A stretch of 63,426 nucleotides of DNA, counting the filler, from Octopus bimaculoides (taxonomy: Eukaryota), in the NCBI RefSeq assembly GCF_001194135.2. It is 10 parts of 9 records of this genome, joined end to end, with 100 filler letters (N's around TTAATTAATTAA, not from the genome) between each part and the next. Parts side by side here need not be neighbours in the genome. Positions count along the whole stretch, not along the records: positions 30,883 to 40,994 come from NC_068982.1; positions 41,095 to 52,266 come from NC_068993.1; 8 more parts are not named here. One strand, given 5' to 3'. How positions within the stretch are numbered: position 1 is the stretch's first letter; the number at the start of each line of letters is the position of its first letter. Made by a program: the position numbers and the translations under genes. The notes under the pieces are model-generated. The model was not told where the DNA came from. It did not search any database and saw only the letters and a list, made by a program, of their open reading frames with translations. Of the stretch, positions 37,826 through 49,722 are shown in pieces.

Positions 37826-39864
37826 CTTCTTCTTCTTCTTCTTCTTCTTCTTCTTCTTCTTCTTCTTCTTCTTCTTCTTCTTCTTCTTCTCCTGCTGCTG
37901 CTGCTACTGTTGCTGCTAATACGGATGGAATTCCAAAAGATCAACATTCCGCGGAAAAACCACAGAGCATAATAGTTAATGCAAGATCTTGGTGATGGTT
38001 TGGGAATTGTGCATATAGTATGGATGACGGGAAGTGCATGTATGTATACACAAACACACACATACACATACATATAAATATATATACACGTCATTTTCAA
38101 GAGCGATGGACATTGATGTTTCGCCATTTTTGTGGCTTAACAACATCACGTACCTGAACCGAAGGCAAACTTAATTGCCATATATGTATACATGTATACA
38201 TTTATACGTATATGTATTTATGTATGTGTGAATATATATATCTGTATATCCGTTTGTGTTTATGTATAAGATACGCATAAAATATGCGCATGATATATAT
38301 ATATATATATATATATATANNNNNNNNNNNNNNNNNNNNNNNNNNNNNNNNNNNNNNNNNNNNNNNNNNNNNNNNNNNNNNNNNNNNNNNNNNNNNNNNN
38401 NNNNNNNNNNNNNNNNNNNNNNNNNNNNNNNNNNNNNNNNNNNNNNNNNNNNNNNNNNNNNNNNNNNNNNNNNNNNNNNNNNNNNNNNNNNNNNNNNNNN
38501 NNNNNNNNNNNNNNNNNNNNNNNNNNNNNNNNNNNNNNNNNNNNNNNNNNNNNNNNNNNNNNNNNNNNNNNNNNNNNNNNNNNNNNNNNNNNNNNNNNNN
38601 NNNNNNNNNNNNNNNNNNNNNNNNNNNNNNNNNNNNNNNNNNNNNNNNNNNNNNNNNNNNNNNNNNNNNNNNNNNNNNNNNNNNNNNNNNNNNNNNNNNN
38701 NNNNNNNNNNNNNNNNNNNNNNNNNNNNNNNNNNNNNNNNNNNNTATAATAAAAAAAATATTATTATTATAATCGTTTTCTGAATCACTTTCACTCGTTC
38801 TAGACTCACGCACACCATCACTTGTAGACGCAATGACCAATTCACAAGCACTCGTATACGAACTTGTAGATTTCATTTTAAAAACAAGTCTAGGGTTGTT
38901 TACTTAGATTTTTTTTTTTTTCGCTGACAATAAATTTCTCGGTAACACGCAGAAGGATTTGCTATGGTAATTGAAACTTCTGCTCTTCGTTCAAAATGTA
39001 GGTCTTCTACTTGAAAAATTAAACTCGTAAAATAAAACTCGGGGTCTCGTAAATCGAGTCCTTGTAAAGTGAGAGATAACTGTATGTGTGTGCGTGTGTG
39101 TGTATGTGTGTGTGTGTCTGTGTATGTACATATATACACACACACGCACGCAACAACTATACGCGCTATAAGTCCTTATGACATTGACTGTCATACACTC
39201 CATGATGTCTGATCAGAATTAATAAGAAACACGTCATTCTTTCTGCGCTTTCACCTCCCTAAAATAGTAATTGCTGCATTGATTGTATATGGCTTAAATT
39301 AAACTGTTATGCACGACAGCTGATTCATCATCGTTTTTCAGATTTTTTTTTCAATATTTACGTACAGCCTCATTAACTGCAGTTAAATAAGGCTGTACAG
39401 TTAACCGACGTGCAACCTAGTCAACCACTAGTTATGTTCTGTTAACATTGCATTTTGTTGTTTTTTTTGTTTGTTTTTATTATGCTTCATTATTTATTTT
39501 TCATCGTTTTTGTTTGGTTTTGTTTGGTTTTGTTTTTGCATTTATTCTGTTTCACTTGCCACCCACATAAACCAATCAAAGATCATGACCTCATCAAATA
39601 GTTAGCATAGTGGGGGTTAATTTTAATTCGCACCTTTCCAAAACGCCTCTTTCCTGTGAATGTAACACTTGCCCTTTTCAAACCGGCATTTTGAATCAAA
39701 AATAATTGAAATAACAGCATAACATCAGCATCAACAGCAACAACAACAACAACAACAAATAGTAATAATAATAATTTCTTTTATATTAATAATGATAATA
39801 CTAACAGTGCATTACCATTAATATTGCTCAGCTATTACTATGATTATCATAATTTAGTTTGTTT

Positions 39865-40005
39865 TGATATGAAGTCACCATGTCGCGCACATATGGTTGT
39901 GATACCTGTGCCTGGTGTACCCTTATCAGACGGGTAGTCATGATGGGAATACTGGGTTTCATATATTTTAGCCCTGTGTCATTTTGATGGCATGCACTGC
40001 TGGGA
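39865..40005 (-). repeat. Dispersed repeat family D fragment
   Basis: gtgcctggtgtacccttatcagacgggtagtcatgatggg; shared with 62589-62680 and, inverted, with 28722-28860. Confidence 0.65.
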
Positions 40006-40717
40006 AAGCCTTCTTTTTTCTGTGGAGGGCTTATATGCCCCTTTATTAAACTGTTAGTCATTTCGCGGTGATCGCCATAAGTTTTAAGCTTATATAAAAG
40101 TACCATTATTATTATTATTTACAGGATTGTAAAGCATGGCGCCGTAATAAAAAAAAACCCATTCGCACCGAAATAATAATAATAATAATAATAATAATCC
40201 TTTCTACTATAGGCACAAGGTCTGTTGCAATGCTTTTCTTAAGCACCTCTTTTAAGATTTTAACTGTCTCCCTCTATTTTATATCTACCGATACAACCTT
40301 ATTAAATCTTATCAATTCTAATCGCCCTTTTCGGAGTGAGTCACCACTTACTCTTGATGTTTGACCCGGGTCAACGTCCCCTTCGCTAATCTTGTTAGCT
40401 GGAGGTGCCAGGAGAGACGAGTTCAGTTTTCAGTTACCAAGTCCCTATCTATGAAGCTTATCTAGGGCAACCGTCGTACAGCTTACAAATTTGTAGTCTG
40501 TGAAGTATATGATTTTAAATTGTGGACTGATCGTGGACATATTGCACAGTGAGTTTCTAACTCACTGTATACCATGCCAAACGAAGAGAGAAAGATAGAC
40601 AGAAGAGAGGGTGAGTGAAATACAATCAAATACTATGTTAACTGACCAAGTATGAGCACCGGACCAGAACGACTGACCCATATAGAGAAGAAAATTATAA
40701 TCCTGGAGCTTATATAT

Positions 40718-40994
40718 GTTGTTGGCACTCCGTCGCTTACGACGTCGAGGGTTCCAGTTGATCCGATCAACGGAACAGCCTGCTCGTGAAATTAATGTGC
40801 AAGTGGCTGAGCACTCCACAGACATGTGTATCCTTAATGTAGTTCTCGGGGATATTCAGCGTGACACAGTGTGACAAGGCTGACCCTTTGAATTACAGGC
40901 ACAACAGAAACAGGAAGTAAGAGTGAGAGAAAGTTGTGGTAAATGAGTACACAAAGGTTCTCCACCATCCTCTGCCGGAGCCTCGTGGAGCTTT
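40718..40994 (-). mobile_element. SINE family C, 3' two-thirds, runs into a gap
   Basis: gttgttggcactccgtcgcttacgacgtcgagggttccagttgatccgatcaac matches the family-C tail. Confidence 0.9.
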
Positions 40995-41139
40995 NNNNNN
41001 NNNNNNNNNNNNNNNNNNNNNNNNNNNNNNNNNNNNNNTTAATTAATTAANNNNNNNNNNNNNNNNNNNNNNNNNNNNNNNNNNNNNNNNNNNNTATATA
41101 TATACATATGCATGCGCACATATATGTGTGTGTATGAGT

Positions 41140-41362
41140 GTATATGTGTTATTTCTTTACTACCCACAAGGGGCTACACACAGATGAGACAAACAAGGAC
41201 AGACAAACGGATTAAGTCGATTATATCGACCTCAGTGCGTAACTGGTACATATTTAATCGACCACGAAACGATGACAGGCAAAGTTGACCTCGGCGGAAT
41301 TTGAACTCAGAACGCAACCGTACTTCGCTCGGCGTGCTAACATTTCTGCCAGCTCGCCGCCT
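41140..41362 (-). mobile_element. SINE family A
   Basis: gttgacctcggcggaatttgaactcagaac...gctaacatttctgccagctcgccgcctt. Confidence 0.85.
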
Positions 41363-41611
41363 TATTGTGTGTGTATGTGTGTGTGTGTGCGTGTATGTGT
41401 GTGTGTGTGTGTTTGCGTGTGCGTGTGTGTGTGTGTGCGTATGTATGTATATAGGTTGAGGCGCGTGCCATAATGTCTACGCGTTGCAATCCTGATCTTA
41501 AGAATGTATTTTCGATCCCTGAAGCGCGCGATGTGCAGTGTTTTTGAACGAAAAACCTCATTTTACGTTGTCCCAATCCACTTAACTGGTAAGGAATATA
41601 TATGTGACAGT

Positions 41612-41655
<44 letters not shown>

Positions 41656-41665
41656 NNNNNNNNNN

Positions 41666-41726
<61 letters not shown>

Positions 41727-41759
41727 GGTATGTATGTATATATTTGTTTGTATGTATAT

Positions 41760-41945
41760 ATTTGTTTGTATGTTTGTCCCTTCAACATCACTTGACAACC
41801 GATGTTAGTGCGTTTATATTCACATAATTTAGCGGTTCGGCAAAAGACACTATAGAATAAGTACTAAGCTTACAAAGAATAAGTGCTGGGATCGATTTGG
41901 TGAGCTATGACATGGTCACAGTCAAATGATTAAAACAAGTAAAAG
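41760..41945 (+). mobile_element. SINE family B, 3' half
   Basis: cttgacaaccgatgttagtgcgtttat...agcggttcggcaaaagacac..tagaataagtactaagcttacaaagaataag. Confidence 0.75.
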
Positions 41946-43027
41946 AAAAACTGTATTTATATAATACACAATCTGGGAAACCGACTTGATGTGCCTATGA
42001 CACGAAAAAGACCTCTCATCCTATTAAGGTATATTTACAGGCATGTATGCATGCGTGTACATGTGTGTGTTTCGTATGTTTGTAATCAAGACGCAGGTTT
42101 TTGCGTGGAAACCATAACAAGATCAAGTACAGTGCATAACCTATTTTTTCATAATTTTGTATAAATACGTATGAATAAAATGTGAGGGCTGTATGTGTTA
42201 TTACGACGTGCTAGAATTAACCCCTAAACAATCCTTTACTCAGACTTCTTGACTTAGGTTACCTTGATAAAATATATTGCATCATCGCATGCACAAGCTT
42301 GTTCTTCAATAATTTTATGCAGTTTCGGCCTGCTAACTTACTCTTCAAATGTTAATTAGGTTTTAAATTTACATCTATTGTTTTTTTTTCTGTCGATTAG
42401 AAGAGATATTGTCTCAGTTTTCTTCTATACATTGTGTTACATTTCTTTTAAACTGGGAACTAGTTTTTCTAAGCGAATCATAATTCCCTAGGGCACCGAC
42501 AGGCGAATAAGAACATCCTTACCTTTAGTCTCGTAAAATCAACTACTAAAATATTTATATAAATCGTATTGTATATTTACAATAAACAATATTTACAACA
42601 AAGCAAATAAACAATCCATTAAACAATAATGAAACCCTATACTTTATCTATTCTGGCTAATTGCTAAAATCTATTATGACAGCGTTGAAGCAAATAGTTT
42701 TATGTCTTAAATAACACAATTATTAATGCTCGTTTTGCATTTATATAAGAAGATTTAAAAGTCTAACGTTGTTTCCTAATGGCTGATTGGAAATAATGGC
42801 AATAAGCAATTAGTTAAATAAATGTTTACCAACATTAATTATGGTTAGTTTTTATAATAATATATTATAAGTTTATGTATCTATTCTACCGAAGCAAAAA
42901 GGGAAATTTTGTCAAAGTACAAACTAAAACTCGCTACAATGCTCAATAAAGAACATAAACTGTTCCTTATTTACATTATTTACATTGTTTCATATGACGG
43001 ATATTTCTCTTCATCTTGTTTGTTGTT

Positions 43028-43073
43028 AACACAACATTTCGGTTGATATACCCTACAGCCTTCATCAGGTGTC
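43028..43073 (-). ncRNA. Minimal type-I hammerhead ribozyme motif (mutated stems II and III)
   Basis: Minus strand: GACAC CTGATGA A GGCTG TAGGGTATAT CAACC GAAA TG TT GTGTT. Confidence 0.7.
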
Positions 43074-43125
43074 TTGGAGAAATTTTGAACTTGGGTTCTC
43101 ATTCCTATGGTATTTTTCGATGTTG

Positions 43126-43183
<58 letters not shown>

Positions 43184-44043
43184 TATTATTATTCAGGTCA
43201 CTGCCTGGAATCGAACTCTGAATCTTGGGGTCAGTAACCCACGCTCTCAACCATTACGCCTGGACATTTTAATAACACGCACCAAGTATGGATTCAAGGC
43301 ATCCGTATACCGCAAGCTGACCTTCACTAGACCATACCTCAACTTCAAATTCCCACCATCCATACAGTGTAAAGAGAGGGATTGCTCAGTGCCTAACAAA
43401 GAATATAAGTAGCGATCAAGATACATGCCACGAAGAAATGATCAAGCTCAGTAACAATCTATTAAGCAACAACTAGCCCCAAAACATACTATCCACTCCC
43501 GTTATGAAGAAAAGAGAGAATCAAACCAATAGACTGCCAACAGTCTGTCTACCATATGTGAAAGGCCTCTCCGAAAAGATACAAAAGATATGCGGCGTAT
43601 ATGACATCAGGTCAGTATTCAAGTGTAATACAACACTTCGCCAATATCTCCTTCGAGTAAAACCACCAATACAAGAGAATATGACCAAAAACTGCGTGTA
43701 CTCCATCCCATGCAGCTGTGGTAGGTTATACAAAGGCGAAACATGCTGTTCCCTCAAAATTAGGGTAGAGGAACATCGCAAAACTGTGACACGAGGAGAT
43801 ATTGATAAATCGGCTATAGCTGATCGTGTATGGAAAAATGGAGACCCCTGCCCCCGGTGGGATGAGGTTCAAATAATAGACAGAGAACACCACTGGAAAA
43901 TACGAAGCGGCACATATTATAGGACACAACAACCTCCAAAGCAGACGGAGTGCGGATATGAATAGCATATGGAAACCGGTATTAAGGAAAGGTAGGAAGA
44001 TATTAGATTCATAACCCCTACAGTCCACTCCATAATTCCCCAC

Positions 44044-44106
44044 GGGCATATGGCGTAGTGGTTAAGAGTGCGGACTACTAACGCCAAGATTTCGGGTTCG
44101 ATTGCA
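44044..44106 (+). promoter_or_regulatory. tRNA-like Pol III internal promoter (A and B boxes) at the head of the pLTR
   Basis: TGGCGTAGTGG (44050-44060) and GGTTCGATT (44095-44103); the inverted copy at 43193-43260 reads GGCGTAATGG...GAGTTCGATTCC. Confidence 0.7.
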
Positions 44107-44186
44107 GTTATATGAATAATAGTAGTTGTAATAGTAACATCGAAAAATACCTTAGGAATGAGAACCCAGGTTCGAAATTTCCCCAA

Positions 44187-44233
44187 GACACTTGATGAAG
44201 GCTGGAGGGTATATCAGCCGAAACAATTGTGTT
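44187..44233 (+). ncRNA. Minimal type-I hammerhead ribozyme motif (C3-to-U core change)
   Basis: GACAC TTGATGA A GGCTG GAGGGTATAT CAGCC GAAA CAA TT GTGTT; stems I and II intact. Confidence 0.7.
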
Positions 44234-45399
44234 AACAACAAACAAGATGAGGGCAAATATCCGTCAAATGTAAATAATGTACATAATTCCTCATCTCTTA
44301 AATATAGAACTGTATAAACTGTACATGCGTGGTTAAGCTAAATTTAGAAAATAATAGATGAGAAAAAGTACAAGCCTATTTTTCTTGCTATTGTTCTGGA
44401 TCATTTTCTTTATTCTGATTTGATGTACATCTTTTCATGCTTTTATTTTATTCCTGTAAAGTAATGATACGGGTGGGATGGAATAATCCGTAGATTTGTA
44501 ATTGCTCACATAAAATACTGAACTAATACTTTAGCTAGATAGATGAATCACAATGCGAATTAAAAGAAGAAAATACAGCGGTCAGAGTGAATAAAAAAAA
44601 AGAATAGAGTACGCAGCTAGATAGGATATATGTAGCTGTAGAGGCAACAGAACATGCAGAGAGTAAAAAAAAAAAGAGAGTATAAAGCAAAGCATAAGTA
44701 AGCTGACGGTCGGATGATGACTCAGGTAATGCACTTCCGAAAGATGAAATTTGTACGGGAGAACAGGACAGTGACATGCCAAGGTATGCAACTTATGTGA
44801 AAAGTTGGTGTCTAATTCAAACAGTAATAGGAAATTAATTATTCACTTCCTACACAATTTATAACCAGATGGAACCGACTTGTACAGGTGTTACCTATCT
44901 AACTTAAGCAAAGCTAATAACACCGATCATTCCAGAATGCTGCCTTCCTTACTCTTCTCTTTCTTTACGCTCCCACCATATGCAGTTGCAATCTACCTTT
45001 TAATTCTATATTTTTTCTGCTCATCTTTTTACCCCCTCCTGCTTTATTCTCTTTTCTTACTAGCCACTGTTCGTTGTTTTTTTTTTTTTTTGCTCACCTA
45101 TTCCAACCATTCATAGAAAAGTTTCCTGATACACCACAGACATGTTATACTAAACTTCAGTTACTAAGCTATCATTATTCTACTTCAGCAAGATGAACGT
45201 AAAAATATACCATAGTCTAAGGAATCAATATAATATTTTACAGTCTGACTAAATCAAATCGTCTGAAAGTAGGAAGTTACTTTAAAAAAATGAAATGAAA
45301 GCGATACTCTAGTACATAAACGCAGTGAGGTGTTATTCAATTGATTTTTGATTTGTATAAATAGCTCTACATGAAAAAAATAACTTTAATATTGTTTTC

Positions 45400-45612
45400 A
45401 AATTTTGGCACAAGACCAGCAATATCATGGGAGAGGGCGTTTGTCGATAACATCGACCCGAGTACTCAACTGGTGCTTATTTTATCAACCTCGAAAGGAT
45501 GAAAAGCAAAGTTGATATCGGTAGCATTTTAAATCAGAAGGTGAAGAGGGACGAAACGCTGCTGAGTATTTTGCCCAACATGCTAACGATTCTGCCGGTC
45601 CACCGCCTTGTA
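45400..45612 (-). mobile_element. SINE family A
   Basis: tttatcaacctcgaaaggatgaaaagcaaagttga...catgctaacgattctgccggtccaccgcctt. Confidence 0.75.
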
Positions 45613-45869
45613 AAGGTGAATAATATTAAAGTTAATTTTAGGGTGGGAAGCTGGTAGAGCCGTTTGCACGACGCCCGAAACGCTTAGCGGCTTTTCATTT
45701 GTCTTTAAGTTCTGAGTTCAAATTCAGGGTCAATAAGATAGTTCTAGCTGAACACTGGGACCCATATTTATAGATGTACTAAGGTGATGTGCTGGCAGAA
45801 TTGTTAGCATGCTGGCAAAATGCTTAGCAGGGTCTTGTCCGTCAGTATGTTCTGCGTTAGAAGCTCGCT

Positions 45870-46010
45870 TTGTAACCACGTGATTACTGTTTCAGTTCCA
45901 CTGCACGGTACTATGGGCGAGGGTCCATTACTATAGCCTGGGTCCGACCAATGCTTTATCAATGATTTTTTGTAAACGGAAGTTCGTCGTATGTATATTT
46001 ACGTGTGTCT

Positions 46011-46093
<83 letters not shown>

Positions 46094-46232
46094 TGTACGC
46101 GTGCGTACGAGTCTTCTTTGTGTTTGTTTTCGTTCCACCATCACTATAATCTGGTTCGGTTTCTTTACAAACCTGTAACCTAACGAGTTTGAAAAAGAGA
46201 CAGATAGAAAAATAAGTACTGGGGTAGATCTG
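45870..46232 (+). mobile_element. SINE family B, degenerate with expanded (GT)n
   Basis: ttcagttccactgcacggtactatgggcgag..tactatagcctgggtccgaccaatgc...aaataagtactggggtagatc. Confidence 0.65.
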
Positions 46233-46233
46233 T

Positions 46234-47347
46234 TTGACTAAAACTCTTCAAGTATTTAGGACGCTCCATAATGAAATCTGTCGGAAGGTTAACAGCGAGT
46301 ACAAAAAAATAAGAACCCACAGTGTGGTAGAAGCAATAGCCACTCATATTAAAAAGGTGTACTGGTGGAATGTCCCAGTGAAGGCCTCAATAAACTGTAA
46401 GCACAGCAAACCTGATATAATAATTTGGGATTGAGAAAACAAACTGTGCACAGTTGTTGAAATTAACTGCCCAACAGATGTTAATATAAAGCTGGAGATC
46501 AGTGAAAAAGAGCATACCTACGCTGAACTATTGAGAGGTCGGCAGTTTCTCTCTCCAGATTACAATTTCAGGTTTATACCTCTAATTATTGGGGCACTGG
46601 TACATGTTTGTTGTTGGCACTCCGTCGCTTACGACGTCGAGGGTTCCAGTTGATCCGATCAACTGAACAGCCTGCTCGTGAAATTAACGTGCAAGTGGCT
46701 GAGCACTCCAGAGACACGTGTACCCTTAACGTAGTTCTCGGGGAGATTCAGCGTGACACAGACTGTGACAAGGCTGGGCCTTTGAATTACAGGCACAACA
46801 GAAACAGGAAGTAAGAGTGAGAGAAAGTTGTGGTGGAAGAGTACAGCAGGGTTCGCCACCATCCCCTGCCGGAGCCTCGTGGTGCTTTAGGTGTTTTCGC
46901 TCAACAAACACACACAACGCCCGATCTGGGAATCGAAACCACGATCCTATGACCGCGAATTCGCTGCCCTAACTACTGGGCCATTGCGCCTCCTGGTGTA
47001 TGTAACACACTGCCTAAATACCAATCTTGAGAAATTAGGCTTCTCAAAACCAGAAAGGGGAAAGCTAATCCGAAGACAACAGATCCAGTCCGTCGCTGGA
47101 ACTGTAAAAGTCTGTAAAATTTTCCAGAAGCTTATCACTTAAATATATATGAGCAAGTCTAGATACGTAACTATATGCATGAAAATACATATATGAAGTA
47201 AAACATACAAATCTGCACACATACAAACATACATACATACATACATACATTCATACATACATACATACATACATACATGCATACATGCATACATACATAC
47301 ATACATGCATACATACATAACCTATTGTTGATTTTGAAATTCCACTG
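46234..47347 (+). mobile_element. R4/Dong-like RLE retrotransposon 3' fragment (copy 3), interrupted by a SINE-C insertion
   Basis: WWNVPVKASINCKHSKPDIIIWD; resumes after the SINE with HCLNTNLEKLGFSKPERGKLIRR..GTVKVCKIFQKLIT and the same 3' UTR. Confidence 0.9.
46608..46993 (-). mobile_element. SINE family C, full length, nested with a probable 11-bp target-site duplication
   Basis: Reverse complement of 35898-36273; flanks ctggtacatgt (46597-46607) and ctggtgtatgt (46993-47003). Confidence 0.92.
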
Positions 47348-47474
47348 GGTTAGCCAAGTGGTAGAGCAATAAATATTCGAATTTTCAGGAATTGATTTTG
47401 CGGTTAATCACCCTGGAACTGATAAAAACAAGTACCAACGGTATGACATTGTTGATTAGATTATAAGTAATACG

Positions 47475-47612
47475 GGCGGCGAACTGGCAGAAACGTTAGC
47501 ACGCCGTGCGAAATGCGTAGCGGTATATCGTCTGTCTTTTCGTTCTGAGCTCGAATTCTACCTAGGTCGACTTTGCCTTTCATCCTTTCGAGGTCGATAA
47601 ATTAAGCACTTT
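47475..47612 (+). mobile_element. SINE family A, 5' part
   Basis: ggcggcgaactggcagaaacgttagcacgccg.gcgaaatgcgtagcggt...gtcgactttgcctttcatcctttcgaggtcgataaattaag. Confidence 0.85.
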
Positions 47613-48391
47613 TGCCTAGAGTAGAATAGTATTTCCGTACGTATTCGGGCCTTGTTATTATGGAACTAAAAAAATGATTCAATCGATAGTTTTTATGATG
47701 AAATAATGAGTTCATTTTACTAGGTTAGTGCGTCTGAAAACAACATCCTAAAAAGTATCCTAAATATACTTTCAATACAATGAAACATAGCAACGTAATG
47801 AACTATTCATAAGTTCAGACACGCGTCTTATCTTTTGATCATGTTTGAGTTGTTTATTTTCGTACGTTTTAACAAGTGATTTTATGAGAAGGTCGGGTTT
47901 ATTAACTAATAACAAACACGCTGAGCTTATTCTCGTCATAGTTTTCCCTACTTAACTGAATCTTCATACATATGTAAACGATAGTAATCTTTTTTCATTA
48001 TTATTATTATTGTGTTTGAAATTTAGTGCTTTTATAAAGAAACAATATACGTGTGGAATTTTAAATGTTATTTTATTCATAAATTGTTATAGCGATTTAA
48101 TTTACTCATCTGATAACTTATTCCCTCCAAGCCTAAAATATATCTGTATATCAAGAGGGGGAATAATTTTTAATTAAAACATACAAACCGCGAGGCAGGT
48201 CTCAGGCAATTAGAACTATCGAAATTTGATTGGGTTTTAATTAGCCGCAATCTTCAAGCATAATTAGTGTGAATTTGCTTGTTTACTTGAGAAACAGTTG
48301 TGTCCTCTAGGTATTCTTTCTATTTTTGATATTTATCAGGAAGTAAAATAATAAAACAATGGATAATATCGTATAATTTGTATGTGAATAT

Positions 48392-48426
<35 letters not shown>

Positions 48427-48957
48427 TGTGTGTGTGTATTTATATATATGTATATTCAGTCAAATGACTGAAACAAGAGAATATATTTATAATTCTATGT
48501 ATTTATGTTTGTGGGGGAATCTTTGGGAATGTGTGCGCGAGTTTATGTTTGTGCGTGCGCCTGTGTGCTCCTGTGTTTGCACGTGTATGTGTTTGTGCAT
48601 CTGTGTATATTTCCTCTTATATAGTTGTGTAATTGGAATACCGTGAAGGAATATTTTCCTGACCTTGAATATTAAATTTTCCTCTCATTTATCTCATTTA
48701 TTCTGACTACTACTTACGGAAAGATTTGAATTGTGTTCAGTAAATTACCTTCGCTGAATTGCTACATGAATTTACTTTACTTTCTTTTTCTTGTATAATT
48801 TTTCAATTATTGTGGCACTCCTTAGTATTAATACATTCCATTAAGTCAACTTCTTATTCAACACCCTCTGTTAAAGCTTATCACACTTATATTTCTTTGT
48901 TCATTGTTACATTATGACTTTACATATATAAAAAAGATTAAATAGCTAAATATGCAT

Positions 48958-49244
48958 TACGAACATTTGTTTCTGTTTAACTATATGTAACGTCCATGTT
49001 ATTTCTGCGTGAACAAATGACAGAAATGATGCGGTGGAGACACAGCTCATCTGAGAGAACATGAATTCTGCAACACACATTCGATCACGATGCAGATGTC
49101 AATTCATTTCAGTTACATTTTAATTTACTTCAATAAGTAATGTTCTCTCAGATGAGCTGTGTCTCCACCGTATCATTTCTGTCAGTTGTTCACGCAGAAA
49201 TCACATGGACGTTCCATATAGTTAAAAAGAAACAAATGTTTGTA
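48958..49244. mobile_element. Fold-back MITE-like element with about 105-bp inverted arms and a 77-bp spacer
   Basis: Left 48958-49062 (..ggtggagacacagctcatctgagagaacat) mirrors right 49140-49244 (atgttctctcagatgagctgtgtctccacc..). Confidence 0.85.
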
Positions 49245-49625
49245 GTTCATCTTAATTTCCACGCGTATCTGAATAAATATCGAACTTATTGAGTAGCTTA
49301 AAATTTGTGTCATAACGAAGAATTGTGGAGGCATTCATCAGAGTAAATATTAAATTCGGTTGGATTATATTACTATAACTTTTCTTCGCGTTGCATATAT
49401 AGTATTCTGGTTAAATGTTTTGCAACAATCATTTGTTTGGAGTTCATCTCGGCCCCAGAGAGAATCTAACAAACTCAAATATGTTTGTTAGATATACCGA
49501 TATTTCTACCGATAATTCTACCCCATATGGATTATCACAACAACGTACTCACACGCTCATGAACAAAATCTCTTGAGAACCAGTTTTAGCAAAAATCAAA
49601 GTTTCAATACCGATGTTATAGACAT

Positions 49626-49626
49626 T

Positions 49627-49720
<94 letters not shown>
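49626..49720. repeat. (CA)n microsatellite
   Basis: Direct reading. Confidence 0.95.

Positions 49721-49722
<2 letters not shown>

Larger units (their letters stand above)
42971..44315 (+). mobile_element. 5'-truncated Penelope-like retroelement: inverted pLTR (42971-43260), RT C-terminus and GIY-YIG (43261-44030), direct pLTR (about 44040-44315)
   Basis: LDILITRTKYGFKASVYRKLTFTRPYLNF (PLE RT thumb); LPYVKGLSEKIQK..NCVYSIPCSCGRLYKGETCCSLKIRVEEHRK..KSAIADRVW (GIY-YIG); the flanking ~280-bp segments are reverse complements of each other. Confidence 0.92.

Noticed and set aside
38770-38880. MKSTSSYTSACELVIASTSDGVRESRTSESDSENDY as a piggyBac-like N-terminus
   Set aside because: Only low-complexity acidic similarity; no catalytic motifs or TTAA-flanked terminus seen.
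38900-39075. Minus-strand frame QLSLTLQGLDLRDPEFYFTSLIFQVEDLHFERRAEVSITIANPSACYREIYCQ as an exon
   Set aside because: No recognisable family, the acceptor context is a CA repeat, and the length is within chance.
48150-48300. Cluster of TAATTA homeodomain-like sites as an enhancer
   Set aside because: Such hexamers are expected frequently in DNA this AT-rich; not supportable without conservation data.
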